NCBI GenBank assembly: GCA_034530615.2
Contig: JAVRCV020000032.1
Span: 144,488 to 208,487 of the forward strand
Reading direction: 5' to 3'
DNA from: Aulosira sp. ZfuVER01
GTDB lineage: Bacteria; Cyanobacteriota; Cyanobacteriia; Cyanobacteriales; Nostocaceae
DNA: 64,000 nt
Shown: positions 19,409 through 30,533 of the stretch, one piece after another
How the letters are laid out: the number at the start of each line of letters is the position of its first letter
Numbering within the stretch: the first letter of the stretch is position 1
Program-made: the position numbers and the translations under genes
The notes under the pieces: model-generated
Database searches by the model: none
Seen by the model: the letters and a program-made list of their open reading frames with translations, nothing else
Told to the model about the DNA's origin: nothing

Positions 19409-22192
19409 TTAAAAATTAGTTTGAACCTCCCACCTCTGGGAGGTTGGAAGTAAAGAATTTATATATTGATTATTGACTTTACATTGGGGGTTCATGGCTA
19501 TCTCCATCCAGAACTCTGTACCCTTACCAACTTCTGAGATACACTCAATCACTCCGCCATGCTTTTCCACGATAATTTGGTAGCTGATAGCTAGACCTAG
19601 TCCTGTACCTTTGCCTACAGGCTTGGTTGTGAAAAATGGGTCAAAAATCCGCCTTTTCACATCTTCTGCCATTCCTGGCCCATTATCGGCCATGCGAATC
19701 AGTACAAAAGAGTTATCTGCTGAAACTCTAGTTGAAATACAGATTGAAGGGATAAAGGATTGATTATTGTGTGCGTGCATTTCCAAAGCATCAAGAGCAT
19801 TGCTGAGAATATTCATGAATACTTGGTTCATTTGACCGGCATAACATCTGACTAACGGTAAGTCACCATAGTCTTTAACTACCTTCACACCAGGGAAATT
19901 GACAGTGGATTTCAGGCGATGTTGCAAAATTAGTAAAGTATTATCAATACCTTCGTGTAAGTCAACAGGCTTATGTTCTGCCTCATCCAAACGAGAAAAA
20001 TTGCGTAAAGATTGTACTATTGAGCAAATCCGATCGGCTCCTACTTGCATAGAAGAGATGATTTTTGGTAAGTCTTCTGACACAAAGTCCACATCAATCG
20101 CTTTTTCTAAGGAGCGAATTTCTTGATCTGGTTCGGAATAATGCGACTGGTAGAGGCGTAAAAGTTGTAGAAGTTGTTGGGTGTAGTCATTGGCGTAAGA
20201 TAGATTACCGTAGATAAAGTTAACAGGGTTGTTAATTTCGTGTGCTATCCCTGCAACTAACTGTCCCAAACTAGACATTTTTTCGTTCTGAATCAATTGT
20301 GTCTGTGTTTGTCGCAGTTCATTTAAGGTACGCTCTAACTGTTGAGCTTTAGCCTTGGCCTGATTTTCCGCAGTATGGCTTTGTTCGTAGAGTTGTGCCT
20401 GCTGAATAGCGATCGCAGCCTGGTCTCCTAACTGTAGCATTAACTCCATTTCCGCATCTTGCCAATTTCGCGGACCACTACATTGATGGGCAATTAGTAA
20501 TCCCCATAGTTGCGTACCCATTTTAATGGGAATAATTAAATTGGCTTTTACTTGCATACTCTGCAAGAACTCTCGATGACAATCACTCAAAGTAGCTGTG
20601 GACACATCATTCATTGCCCCCACTCTTCCATGAATGTAAAGACTAGCATACTCATCAGGAAAGCATCCCGGTGGTGCTTTGATTCCCAAAACTGATGGAT
20701 AGTTGCCATTGATCTCTTCTACAATTACCTGACCATCAAACTCACTGAATATTTGGTAAATTAACACCCGGTCAGAATTGAGTAGAGGGCGGACTTCCTG
20801 CACAATAGTTTGCAGAGTAATTTTTAAGTCTAATGTACTGCGTATTTGCTCAGTGATTTGCTTGATGACCTTGGTAAACAGTAATGATTTTTCCAGTTCA
20901 CCAGTTTGCTCCTGCACTCGCTGTTCTAGGCTAGTATTCAGTACTTGCACCTGTTGATACATTTGCTGTTGCTGAATTGCCATTGCGAAATGATAGCCCA
21001 AGGCTTGTCCGAGAAAAATATCTTCAAGTTTCCATTCAGGTGCTTGTCCCTTTTTTTGCTCTCGCCATACTTCAAAAGAAAGCTGAGGTAGCCTTTGTCT
21101 CTGGTTTTGCTCGCAGCGTCCAGCCCATAAGATTTCGGTATCAAACTCCGGACGAAAAATGCTGAATACACCGAGAAAACTTTTGCGGTAATATAGGGGA
21201 ATTACTAAAATTCCCCGAATCTTAGTAGGTTGAAACCCCACTGCTAAAACTCGCAAATGCGCTTCTTTATAAAGGTCTGGAATTGCTAAAACTTGACCTT
21301 GTTTGCACTCAGCCATCCAGTTTTGCCACACGGGATGCTGTTCAATGACAATATTTTGTGACTCGTAGGGTAATTGTGGTTGTTCGCCCCAAGTATAAAG
21401 TTCTCCACTCTGCTCAATATAAAGTCTGCCGCCTACACCACCAAAAGCGGCAATAGTGGATTCTAAAGCGGTTTGGAATTGGATTGTCGGCAGTTGATTT
21501 AACAGGATGGCAATTTGGTTAATCAGGGCTTGTTGTTGTCGCTGAGAACGAGCTTCCGAGAGGAGATTGCTTTGCGCGATCGCAATTTCTACCTGATCGG
21601 CAACTTGTTGCAATAATTTCAATTCCCACGGCAAAATACTTCGTGGTTGACTGTGGTGCGATACTAACAATCCCCACAGTTGAGGCTTTGCTGATTGCTC
21701 TTGAGGGTCGCGATGTAAAATTGGCACTACCAGGGAAGACTGTACGCCCAATGCCGTTAAGTATTGAATATGACATGGGTCTACCTGTCTATAGTACGTG
21801 TCATCCGTTTGTAGGAGCTGACCAGTTTCTAGTGAATATAGGGGCGATAACCTAATCTTGCCATTAGCTACATCCACAATTGCCCTTTGTCGGGTTTTGA
21901 GTAACATCTCTCTTGACTGCTGGGGGATATCATTTGCTGGAAAGTGCAACCCCAACAGAGATGACAAACGCTGCTCTTGAATAGACTCGGCAATCACTTC
22001 ACCGTTATCATCAGTATCAAACCGATAGACCATCACTCGGTCTGTACCCAAAAATGACCGAACCTGGGCAACAGTAGCTGCTAATATTTCTGGAAGTTCA
22101 AGCGATCGCCTAATCTGGTTAGTCATTCTGTGGAGTAAACCTTCAGGGTCAAAGGCTTGCTGCCACCCACTTGGTTGATCGATAAATGCCAT
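19409..22192 (-). CDS. aphC: Multi-GAF bilin-binding sensor histidine kinase (AphC-like knotless phytochrome/cyanobacteriochrome)
   Basis: GAF1 has FPANDIP and DPCHIQYL; a tongue-like PQLSF; GAF3 has DCHREFL; H-box AHEINNP; HATPase [17 protein letters not shown]. Confidence 0.8.
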   Translation of the reverse strand: MAFIDQPSGWQQAFDPEGLLHRMTNQIRRSLELPEILAATVAQVRSFLGTDRVMVYRFDTDDNGEVIAESIQEQRLSSLLGLHFPANDIPQQSREMLLKTRQRAIVDVANGKIRLSPLYSLETGQLLQTDDTYYRQVDPCHIQYLTALGVQSSLVVPILHRDPQEQSAKPQLWGLLVSHHSQPRSILPWELKLLQQVADQVEIAIAQSNLLSEARSQRQQQALINQIAILLNQLPTIQFQTALESTIAAFGGVGGRLYIEQSGELYTWGEQPQLPYESQNIVIEQHPVWQNWMAECKQGQVLAIPDLYKEAHLRVLAVGFQPTKIRGILVIPLYYRKSFLGVFSIFRPEFDTEILWAGRCEQNQRQRLPQLSFEVWREQKKGQAPEWKLEDIFLGQALGYHFAMAIQQQQMYQQVQVLNTSLEQRVQEQTGELEKSLLFTKVIKQITEQIRSTLDLKITLQTIVQEVRPLLNSDRVLIYQIFSEFDGQVIVEEINGNYPSVLGIKAPPGCFPDEYASLYIHGRVGAMNDVSTATLSDCHREFLQSMQVKANLIIPIKMGTQLWGLLIAHQCSGPRNWQDAEMELMLQLGDQAAIAIQQAQLYEQSHTAENQAKAKAQQLERTLNELRQTQTQLIQNEKMSSLGQLVAGIAHEINNPVNFIYGNLSYANDYTQQLLQLLRLYQSHYSEPDQEIRSLEKAIDVDFVSEDLPKIISSMQVGADRICSIVQSLRNFSRLDEAEHKPVDLHEGIDNTLLILQHRLKSTVNFPGVKVVKDYGDLPLVRCYAGQMNQVFMNILSNALDALEMHAHNNQSFIPSICISTRVSADNSFVLIRMADNGPGMAEDVKRRIFDPFFTTKPVGKGTGLGLAISYQIIVEKHGGVIECISEVGKGTEFWMEIAMNPQCKVNNQYINSLLPTSQRWEVQTNF

Positions 22193-22683
22193 TAGTTATA
22201 TACACTTAAGTAATGTATAAAAAAGAATCTTCAACTTTCCCTTAATTAAAGTTTGTTCGCTGAATTTGATTTAACCTCTCTCCAAAAATTTCTTCTTGCC
22301 AGAGAAATCTTTATAACCTTGACTTGGCCTTTGTCTTCTCTCTTTGTCGAAGGAGTAAGGCTATATATAACAGGTCTATCAAACTCATACTTACCAGAAC
22401 TTTCTACGGAAAACTTTGAAGTTTCAACGTGAAATGCTTAAGAAAAAGTTAATTATTAAACAATTAATTTTATAACCTTAAATCTTGAGATGTATACGGT
22501 AATATTATGCAAATTCAAAAAATTGAAGCAATTTTCTATAATTAGTATATAAAATCACAACTTACTGATATTTATCTTCAAAAAAATAATTAAATATCAC
22601 GAACACTATAGAGCGGAAGCCTAGTGAAACAGGGGAATGTAGTTATTCCCCTTTGGCTATGAATGTCCAAGCTTACAATGTAA

Positions 22684-23193
22684 TTAATATTGCAAGTATT
22701 TTTCGGGAATTGCTGTTATAGATACTAACTTGCGGATTTCTTCACGTACACTCATAAGAACTTTACCAAGATGGTTTTGACCAGTTTTATTTGCACCACA
22801 GCCCCAAAAATAATCTCTTGGGGAATTTTCTACTAAAGTTTCATTGCCTGTAGACAGAAGAATATCTTGAATCTCAGCATGAGTGAGAAACTTTTTGAGT
22901 ACAGCTTCTCGCATCACCTGAGTTTTGACTAGTTCCCAATCCGCGCGGATTTGGCGGGTACTACAGCGTCCTAAAGCAGCAGCTTCTTCTGGTGTTTGGG
23001 CATTATGGATCGCGGGTATAATTACCGCATCTATACTGCCAACAAACTTTTGTGCTTGATAATAATGTTCAACGGTTGGCCAGTAAGTACCCTGGATTTG
23101 AATTCCGTGAGGAGAAAAGTTAGAAAAACAGCCATAAGGCTGCCAAACCTTATAAAAGTAAATAGTCATTTGAAAATTGCTCTTGAATATCAA
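22684..23193 (-). CDS. NADAR (YbiA-like) family protein (start probably MTIYFY at 23169)
   Basis: FSNFS, WPTVEHYYQAQKF, ENSPRDYFWG and NHLGKVLMSVR motifs. Confidence 0.9.
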   Translation of the reverse strand: MIFKSNFQMTIYFYKVWQPYGCFSNFSPHGIQIQGTYWPTVEHYYQAQKFVGSIDAVIIPAIHNAQTPEEAAALGRCSTRQIRADWELVKTQVMREAVLKKFLTHAEIQDILLSTGNETLVENSPRDYFWGCGANKTGQNHLGKVLMSVREEIRKLVSITAIPEKYLQY

Positions 23194-23338
23194 CTTATAT
23201 CATGCCTGTATATGGTAATTAGCGTCTTCAAGGACTCCCTAGAAGAAAATTGTCCACTTTAAATGAAACGCTAGCATTTGCCTCAAGACAGAAGATATCG
23301 CTTGCTAAAAAATTCTATGGTGGTAAAAATGCCTGTCT

Positions 23339-23833
23339 ATGAGGTTGAATATGGAGGCTAAGAGTGAGAGCATTAACCGACCTACACCGCTGATTACTGC
23401 GGGAATTTTCCTTGGTTTAGGTCTAGGAGGGTTTATCGATGGCATTGTGCTACATCAGATTCTCCAATGGCATCATATGTTAAGTAATGTTAGACCCCTA
23501 ACCAACACCTCAAATATAGATTTGAACATGGTATGGGACGGGTTATTTCATGCTTTAGATTGGGTACTGACTGTGGTGGGAGTAGCCTTGTTATGGCGGG
23601 CTGGCGGGCGTGATGATGTTCCTTGGTCATCACAAACTTTTATCGGGTCTATACTTTTCGGCTTTGGATTGTTCAACGTAGTTGAAGGGCTAATAGATCA
23701 CCAAATTCTTGGTATTCACCATGTGAAACCCGGGCCAAATCAGTTAGTTTGGGATTTGGGATTTCTCCTCTTTGGTACGCTACTTGTTGTCGTTGGTTGG
23801 CTCATGATAAAAAGTAGCAAATTTACAAAATAG
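23339..23833 (+). CDS. DUF2243 domain membrane protein
   Basis: GFIDGIVLHQILQWHHM, DGLFH and HQILGIHHV motifs. Confidence 0.88.
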   Translation: MRLNMEAKSESINRPTPLITAGIFLGLGLGGFIDGIVLHQILQWHHMLSNVRPLTNTSNIDLNMVWDGLFHALDWVLTVVGVALLWRAGGRDDVPWSSQTFIGSILFGFGLFNVVEGLIDHQILGIHHVKPGPNQLVWDLGFLLFGTLLVVVGWLMIKSSKFTK

Positions 23834-23930
23834 TCAAGGGTCAATAGGCAATAAATAGTAAAAAGACAATTGTTATTTCTTCCCCTGCTTCCTTGTCTCC
23901 TTTGTCTCCCTTACCTTCCTATCATCTTCT

Positions 23931-24539
23931 ATGTCCACAGACACTTTTGAAAAAACAAGCTGGGATTGGCAGCTTTCTCAGTTACAACAACAAGTTGGAG
24001 AATGGATAGAGTATCAGTTTTCTCGCTTAGAATCAGCGTTACCAGGATTACCGCCCGGTTGGTCAATAAGTCCTTGGTTAAGTGAGTTATTGAAGTTGCT
24101 GTTTTGGCTTGTAATCGGTCTATTCGTGGTTTGGTTGGTTTGGCTATTATGGCGAGAATTCAGCCCTTATGTGTATTCTTGGTTGACTGGGAGAAACAAT
24201 CAGACTGCGGCGGGCACAACAATCACCACCAGTGAGTTATCCGTTAGTGTGTGGTTAGCGCGATCGCAAGAATTTTACTATCAGGGTAATTACAGAGAAG
24301 CTTGTCGTTGTTTATATCATGCAATATTGCAGCAATTGCATGATACTAGCGTTGTTCGCCACCAACCCAGCCGCACTGATGGTGAATATCTGCAAGTGCT
24401 ACGTTCTTCTGTAACGCCCATCCATCCCTATGAAACCTTAATTACTACTCACGAACAATTATGTTTTGGCGATGTTGAAATTCTGCCGGAAAATTATGAG
24501 AATTGCCAGCAGGCGTATCGGGAGATTGCGGGGGAGTAG
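23931..24539 (+). CDS. DUF4129 domain protein
   Basis: TM helix, then YREACRCLY and SRTDGEY; part of the DUF4350/MoxR/DUF58 cluster. Confidence 0.8.
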   Translation: MSTDTFEKTSWDWQLSQLQQQVGEWIEYQFSRLESALPGLPPGWSISPWLSELLKLLFWLVIGLFVVWLVWLLWREFSPYVYSWLTGRNNQTAAGTTITTSELSVSVWLARSQEFYYQGNYREACRCLYHAILQQLHDTSVVRHQPSRTDGEYLQVLRSSVTPIHPYETLITTHEQLCFGDVEILPENYENCQQAYREIAGE

Positions 24540-24610
24540 GGTTGGGGAGTGGAGATGAGGGGGACAAGGAAACAGAGGAGAAATAACAAATGACAAATGA
24601 CCTTTACTTG

Positions 24611-24629
24611 GTACGTCTTATAGCCGTAC
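24611..24629. promoter_or_regulatory. Inverted repeat, probable autoregulatory operator of the toxin-antitoxin operon
   Basis: GTACG-tcttatagc-CGTAC, 36 bp upstream of the antitoxin start. Confidence 0.5.
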
Positions 24630-24665
24630 AGTAAAAGATAGAGAGCAAAAAAAGAGTCACTTATT

Positions 24666-24983
24666 ATGCCCAATAGGCAGAATTCGGAAAGAACAGAACA
24701 AAGACGCAGCAAACCGGAGCGTCTAGAAGCACGCCTGACTAGCGAGCAAAAGGAATTTTTGCAGCGGGCGGCAGATTTGGAAGGCAGAACTCTCACCGAT
24801 TTTGTGGTAAGTCATGCTCAAGAAGCCGCATTACGAACGATTGAAGAACACACCATCATCAAACTTAGTCGGGAAGATAGTCTGGCGTTTATCAATTCTC
24901 TCCTCAATCCTCCTGAAATTCAGCCTGATGAACCACTGGCGCGGGCTATACGTCGTTATAAGGAAAGTATGGGGCTAACGTGA
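24666..24983 (+). CDS. DUF1778 ribbon-helix-helix antitoxin (TacA/AtaR-like)
   Basis: ERLEARLTSEQKEFLQRAADLEGRTLTDFV, IKLS and LLNPP motifs; overlaps the GNAT gene. Confidence 0.9.
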   Translation: MPNRQNSERTEQRRSKPERLEARLTSEQKEFLQRAADLEGRTLTDFVVSHAQEAALRTIEEHTIIKLSREDSLAFINSLLNPPEIQPDEPLARAIRRYKESMGLT

Positions 24984-25501
24984 ATATCCCGGCTTTCGCG
25001 TATACCATTGAGTTGCTGAACTCCCAGCATAATCGGGTAGATTTCCAATGTGGAATCGAAGCCCTCAATCGTTATTTACGAGAAAAGGCAAGTCAGGATT
25101 TGCGGCGTTATGTAGCAACACCTTTTGTGCTGTATGATGTGGACGCAGACCGGATAGCAGGCTACTACACACTGGCAGCCACATCGATTCAAGTAGAAGA
25201 CTTGCCAACAGCAATACGAGCGAGGCTGCCAAAGTATCCGCTTGTGCCAGCAACATTGCTAGGTAGGCTTGCTATTGATGAACGCTATCAGGGGCAAGGG
25301 TTAGGGGCATTCTTGCTTGTAGATGCGCTGCGGCGCAGCCTGATGAGTGAAATCGTATCAATGGCGGTAGTAGTAGATGCAAAAGATGATCGGGCACGGG
25401 CTTTTTATGAACATCATGGATTTGCCCCGCTTCCTGGGCAGCTGCGACGGCTGTACCTGCCGATGGCGATTGTTGCCCAACAGTTCAGTTCGGACGCATA
25501 A
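24980..25501 (+). CDS. GNAT-family acetyltransferase toxin (TacT/AtaT-like)
   Basis: FQCGIEALNRYL, GYYTL, LLGRLAIDERYQGQGLG and VDAKDDRARAFYEHHGF motifs. Confidence 0.9.
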   Translation: MNIPAFAYTIELLNSQHNRVDFQCGIEALNRYLREKASQDLRRYVATPFVLYDVDADRIAGYYTLAATSIQVEDLPTAIRARLPKYPLVPATLLGRLAIDERYQGQGLGAFLLVDALRRSLMSEIVSMAVVVDAKDDRARAFYEHHGFAPLPGQLRRLYLPMAIVAQQFSSDA

Positions 25502-25576
25502 GTAATCTTGGCTAGCAGTCCTTTACTGGATTACTATCTACAATATCCATAAATTCAGTATAAAGCTGTACATTAA

Positions 25577-26665
25577 ATGAAGCGCTCAAACCGCTTGGCT
25601 TGGCTGGGAGCGATCGCCCTGGCAGTCATAATTTTAGTAAGCTTGATAGCTGCTCCCAGGAACAGCACAATCAATAGTGGTTCCACTTATAATCGTGCTG
25701 CCGATGGCTATGGTGCTTGGTATGCTTTTATGCAAGAGCAGGGAACTTCAATCAATCGCTGGCAAAAACCTTGGGATGATATCAAGGCACAGAAAAGCCC
25801 AGTTACCTTACTACAGGTAAACAGCAATCTCAATCCACCAATCGTCAATTCGGAGAAACGTGCATGGCTAGAAAAAGGTAATACCTTGGTAATTTTAGGT
25901 GTGCGTTACCAAACAACAGCAGCAGACTTTCACACCATGCAAAAATCGCCCTTTGGCGATGTTAAAATTGCTACAACTAGACGGCATCAAAAAGCAGGTA
26001 AAGCAGAAATTTCTTTAGGCGATCGCTTCGGTGCTGTGGTTTGGCAACAAAATTATGGCAAAGGAAAAGTTATTTTTTCCACAACTCCCTATTTAGCAGC
26101 TAATGCTTATCAAGATTATTTAAGTAATTTTAAATTTCTTGCAGATTTAGTAAGTAAACAAAATAACGCCATTTTTGTTGATGAATATATTCATGGCTAT
26201 AAAGATGCTGATGTGCGAAAACAAGAAGGTAAAGACGACTTATTTAGTTATTTTGCTAATCAACCCTTGATTGTGGCTTTATTGCAGGCAGGTATATTAC
26301 TAATAGTCCTAATTTGGGCACAAAATCGACGCTTTGGTAAGCCAGTACCTTTAGAAACACCAGTTTTAGATAATAGTGAAGCATATATCCAAGCTTTAGC
26401 AGGAGTCTTACAAAAAGCTGAATCCACCGATTTTGTTGTGGAAATGGTGGGTAAAGAAGAACAACTACAACTACAAAAGGCTTTAGGGTTAGGTGAAATT
26501 TTACTAGAACCCCAAGCTTTGATTGATATCTGGGTTGAGAAAACAGGTAGTAATTCTGTTGAACTAGCTACGCTTTTAAAGCGGCGATCGCAAAAACGCC
26601 CCATGCGCGAACGAGAACTATTAAGCTGGTTGGGACAATGGCGAACTATAAAAAATAATTACTAA
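25577..26665 (+). CDS. DUF4350 domain protein
   Basis: GSTYNRAADGYGAWY, VDEYIHGY and RRFG motifs; upstream of MoxR. Confidence 0.82.
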   Translation: MKRSNRLAWLGAIALAVIILVSLIAAPRNSTINSGSTYNRAADGYGAWYAFMQEQGTSINRWQKPWDDIKAQKSPVTLLQVNSNLNPPIVNSEKRAWLEKGNTLVILGVRYQTTAADFHTMQKSPFGDVKIATTRRHQKAGKAEISLGDRFGAVVWQQNYGKGKVIFSTTPYLAANAYQDYLSNFKFLADLVSKQNNAIFVDEYIHGYKDADVRKQEGKDDLFSYFANQPLIVALLQAGILLIVLIWAQNRRFGKPVPLETPVLDNSEAYIQALAGVLQKAESTDFVVEMVGKEEQLQLQKALGLGEILLEPQALIDIWVEKTGSNSVELATLLKRRSQKRPMRERELLSWLGQWRTIKNNY

Positions 26666-26882
26666 TTCGTAATTCGTAATTCGTAATTTTTTTGTGGGTA
26701 TCTTCTGAGCATGAGGGGTTATCCCCTAATGGGTGGTGAAGTTCCGATAATTTCATGATGAATTACAAATTGTTAATTAAAAATAATAATTTCTAGCGAT
26801 CGCCTAAAATCAGGCAATAATTTCCACGGCTTTGGTCCCAAATTTTGAATATGTAAAATTTATAAGTATTTTGTAACCTTAT

Positions 26883-27833
26883 ATGAACGAAATTCACTCT
26901 ATTTTAATTCACCTTGAACAAGGTCTTAACCAAATAATTGTCGGACAGTCCAACCTTATACAACAGCTAATAGTTGCACTGCTAGCAGGTGGGCACATCA
27001 TTTTAGAAGGAGTACCGGGAACTGGCAAAACACTTTTAGTAAAAGTATTGGCGCAGTTAATTCAAGCAGAGTTTCGCCGGATTCAATTAACACCAGATGT
27101 ATTACCATCAGATATTACTGGTACAAATATTTTTGACTTAAATAGTCGTAGTTTTACTCTAAAAAAAGGCCCAGTTTTTACAGAAGTACTACTAGCAGAT
27201 GAAATTAACCGCACTCCGCCTAAAACACAAGCGGCGCTGTTAGAAGCAATGGAAGAAATGCAAGTAACTCTAGATGGTGAAAGTTTGCCTTTGCCAGAAT
27301 TATTTTGGGTAATTGCTACACAAAACCCCCTAGAGTTTGAGGGAACTTATCCCTTACCAGAGGCGCAACTAGATAGGTTTTTATTCAAATTAGCCGTAGA
27401 TTACCCCGATCGAGCTGCGGAAAAGCAAATGTTACTCAATCGTCAGGCTGGATTTGCGGCGCGACGTGGAGATATCGATCGTCTCAAACCCATAGCAACA
27501 GTCAACGAAATTTTGCAGGCGCGACAAGCTGTGAAAGAGGTGAAGGTATCTGAGGCAATTATTGATTATCTGCTAGCCTTGGTAAAAGCATCACGCCAAC
27601 ATCCCGAATTAGCTTTGGGTGCATCACCGCGTGCTGCTGGTGCTTGGTTGCAGACATCTCAAGCATCTGCGTGGTTAGAAGGAAGGAATTTTGTGACGCC
27701 AGATGATATCAAAGCCGTTGCATCGCCGTTGCTGCGTCATCGTCTGATTCTCAAACCAGAAGCTATGCTGGATGGTTTACAAATTGATGCCGTAATTGCG
27801 TCGGTAATAAATCAAGTTCCAGTTCCAAGATGA
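26883..27833 (+). CDS. MoxR family AAA+ ATPase
   Basis: Walker A GVPGTGKT; RIQLTPDVLPSD; LADEINRTPPKTQAALLEAM; LPEAQLDRF. Confidence 0.95.
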   Translation: MNEIHSILIHLEQGLNQIIVGQSNLIQQLIVALLAGGHIILEGVPGTGKTLLVKVLAQLIQAEFRRIQLTPDVLPSDITGTNIFDLNSRSFTLKKGPVFTEVLLADEINRTPPKTQAALLEAMEEMQVTLDGESLPLPELFWVIATQNPLEFEGTYPLPEAQLDRFLFKLAVDYPDRAAEKQMLLNRQAGFAARRGDIDRLKPIATVNEILQARQAVKEVKVSEAIIDYLLALVKASRQHPELALGASPRAAGAWLQTSQASAWLEGRNFVTPDDIKAVASPLLRHRLILKPEAMLDGLQIDAVIASVINQVPVPR

Positions 27834-28510
27834 AGGGCCTTATGAATGAAGGAAAATCACAGAAGCGGCGTTATTTAATTTTGATTTCTGGAGCTACTCT
27901 TAGTATTTTGATTATTTTAGCTCTTGTTTTAGCTGCTAGACAAAAAACTGCTCAAAATCAAGCTGTAGATCAATGTATTGCTTCACCTTTAGCAGTACAT
28001 ACGCCATTACGGATACCATCACCTTCGCCATCACCTTTTTTAGGGAGTAATTACCCGGTAAATAAAGAAAATTTAGAACAGTTGAAACGCGATATTTGTA
28101 AAAATCTTATTGGCAAATATGAATCTTCCAGTAATCTAAATTGGTATTGGAATCTGCTCATATTGTTCGGAACTTTAATTACAACCCTAATTGTTTCAGT
28201 AATAGATGATGTCAAAACTAGAGCTTTTTTAGGAGGTTTTGCTGCTAGTTTAGTTTCTATTCGGGCTGTAATTCCAGTAGATCGATGGTCTACTTTTCAT
28301 CAAAGTTTAGCTGCTGATGGTCGAGCCTTGCTCATTAGACTTAATTATAGCGTCACTGAACCTGCCGAATTTCAAGAGGTTGTTAGGCAATATGAAAAAG
28401 CAATTTTACGTGCGGGTGACGAATCACCTCTTGTTAGTCCTAGCTCAAATTTAAATGTTAGTCCGAACCCTTCAAATACTGAAGTAAATCCCCAGCCAAA
28501 TGCGAAATAA
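27830..28510 (+). CDS. Hypothetical membrane protein with a C-terminal two-TM region resembling SLATT/DUF4231
   Basis: N-terminal TM, Pro-rich linker, two adjacent hydrophobic helices, then a helical tail. Confidence 0.5.
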   Translation: MKGLMNEGKSQKRRYLILISGATLSILIILALVLAARQKTAQNQAVDQCIASPLAVHTPLRIPSPSPSPFLGSNYPVNKENLEQLKRDICKNLIGKYESSSNLNWYWNLLILFGTLITTLIVSVIDDVKTRAFLGGFAASLVSIRAVIPVDRWSTFHQSLAADGRALLIRLNYSVTEPAEFQEVVRQYEKAILRAGDESPLVSPSSNLNVSPNPSNTEVNPQPNAK

Positions 28511-29057
28511 TCTGAATAAATTACTTAATTTAAATATAATACATCGTCTAAAAAAATCAATCTCAACTATTCCTGATACTGATTTTTGGTTGAATACAGT
28601 AGTAAGATTATTATTAATTTATACATTAATTTCTTTGCCATTAGGTTTATATTTTGGCTTTCTTCAATTCGGTTTTAGCAAATTAACATTAGAAGAAATT
28701 ATCAAGATTTTAGCAATTTGCTTGCTGACACCTGCAATTACTGAGGAGATGTTTTTTCGAGTTTTATTATTGCCTCATATCACAGAAGATGTTTCAAGAA
28801 CTAAAAAATGGATATGGGGATGTATAAGTTTGGTAATTTTTATTGTTTACCATCCTTTAAATGCTTTAACAGCATATCCTGCTGGGTTCCCAACATTTAT
28901 GAACCCAGTTTTTTTATTACAGGCAACACTTTTAGGTATTATTTGTACTATTGCTTATTTCCAAAGTGGCTCTTTGTGGCCCTCTGTTGTGATGCATTGG
29001 ATAATTGTAGTAGTCTGGCTAGTCTTTTTTGGTGGATATGAAAGACTGAATACTTAA
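28500..29057 (+). CDS. CPBP (CAAX/Abi) family intramembrane glutamic protease
   Basis: PAITEEMFFR, FIVYHP and SLWPSVVMHW motifs. Confidence 0.88.
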   Translation: MRNNLNKLLNLNIIHRLKKSISTIPDTDFWLNTVVRLLLIYTLISLPLGLYFGFLQFGFSKLTLEEIIKILAICLLTPAITEEMFFRVLLLPHITEDVSRTKKWIWGCISLVIFIVYHPLNALTAYPAGFPTFMNPVFLLQATLLGIICTIAYFQSGSLWPSVVMHWIIVVVWLVFFGGYERLNT

Positions 29058-29074
29058 TTTATTAAATATAAAAA

Positions 29075-30397
29075 ATGCTTCCAGCAAGTAGAGTTTATTT
29101 ATTATTAGTCATAGGAATTGCGATCGCCCCCATCTTAGCGATGTTGTTTGGTATTCCGGTAAGTATCGCGATTACACTTCTATTTGATACCCTGGTTCTC
29201 GGATTGATGGTTGTGGATGGTTTGCGGGTGAAACGCGATCGCGTGCAAATTAGCCGTGAATTACCATCGCGATTGTCTATTGGTCGAGATAATCCGGTTG
29301 TGCTAAAGGTAATATCGGGAAATACTAATGCTGTCATTCAAATCCGCGACTACTACCCCACAGGCTTTGGTGTTTCTGCACCGGAACTTCAAGCTAATGT
29401 AGCGATGAACAGCACCCAAGAATTGACATATACCGTCCATCCAACACAGCGAGGAGAATTTTCTTGGAGAAATATTCAGGTAAGACAATTGGGTTTATGG
29501 GGATTAGCTTGGGATGATTGGCAAATTCCCCAAAATATGGAAGTGAAAGTTTATCCAGATTTAGTGGGGTTGCGATCGCTTTCAATTCGTCTAGCACTGC
29601 AATCATCTGGATCGATCCGTCAACGCCGCATGGGTATTGGTACAGAGTTTGCTGAACTGCGTAACTATCACACTGGTGATGATTTACGCTTAGTTGATTG
29701 GAAAGCTACCGCCCGTCGTGTAGGGGGAAATCCCAATACACCGCCATTGGTAAGGGTTTTAGAACCAGAACAAGAGCAAACTTTGCTGATTTTGCTAGAT
29801 CGTGGCAGGTTGATGACAGCACAAGTACAAGGTTTGCAGCGATTTGACTGGGGATTAAATGCAACTTTATCCTTAGCTTTAGCAGGATTGCATCGAGGCG
29901 ATCGCGTCGGAGTCGGTGTATTTGATCGCCAAATGCATACGTGGATTCCCCCCGAACGCGGTCAAAATCATCTCACTCAACTAATCGATCGCCTGACTCT
30001 CATTCAACCTATATTACTGGAATCTGATTATTTAGGGGCTGTAACCAATGTTGTCCAGAGGCAAACTCGTCGGGCGTTAGTAGTATTAATCACCGATATA
30101 GTTGATGTCACCGCCTCCACCGAACTTCTCGCCGCCCTTTCTCGGCTAGCACCTCGTTATCTGCCATTTTGCGTGACACTCCGCGATCCACAAGTCGATC
30201 TTCGGGCGCATACCTTTACTGAAGATGTCACAAATACTTATGTCCGGGCGGTAGCTTTAGATTTATTAGCACAAAGACAAGTTGCATTTGCCCAGTTAAA
30301 ACAAAAAGGTGTGTTGATACTTGACGCACCAGCTAATCAAATTACAGATCAGTTGGTTGAAAGATACTTGCAACTCAAAGCCCGAAATCAGTTATAA
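29075..30397 (+). CDS. DUF58 domain protein (VWA-like MoxR partner)
   Basis: GTEFAELRNYHTGDDLRLVDWKATAR motif. Confidence 0.92.
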   Translation: MLPASRVYLLLVIGIAIAPILAMLFGIPVSIAITLLFDTLVLGLMVVDGLRVKRDRVQISRELPSRLSIGRDNPVVLKVISGNTNAVIQIRDYYPTGFGVSAPELQANVAMNSTQELTYTVHPTQRGEFSWRNIQVRQLGLWGLAWDDWQIPQNMEVKVYPDLVGLRSLSIRLALQSSGSIRQRRMGIGTEFAELRNYHTGDDLRLVDWKATARRVGGNPNTPPLVRVLEPEQEQTLLILLDRGRLMTAQVQGLQRFDWGLNATLSLALAGLHRGDRVGVGVFDRQMHTWIPPERGQNHLTQLIDRLTLIQPILLESDYLGAVTNVVQRQTRRALVVLITDIVDVTASTELLAALSRLAPRYLPFCVTLRDPQVDLRAHTFTEDVTNTYVRAVALDLLAQRQVAFAQLKQKGVLILDAPANQITDQLVERYLQLKARNQL

Positions 30398-30533
30398 ATC
30401 AAATATTTTTATCTTATGCAAAAGTGCAGAGAAGAACGCAAGGACAAAAGCTAAACAATAGATTGATTGCAAATCTCTTTTCTCTGTGTTCTCTGTGCCT
30501 CTGTGGTTCGTTTTTTCATTGCCTTACTTAAGA

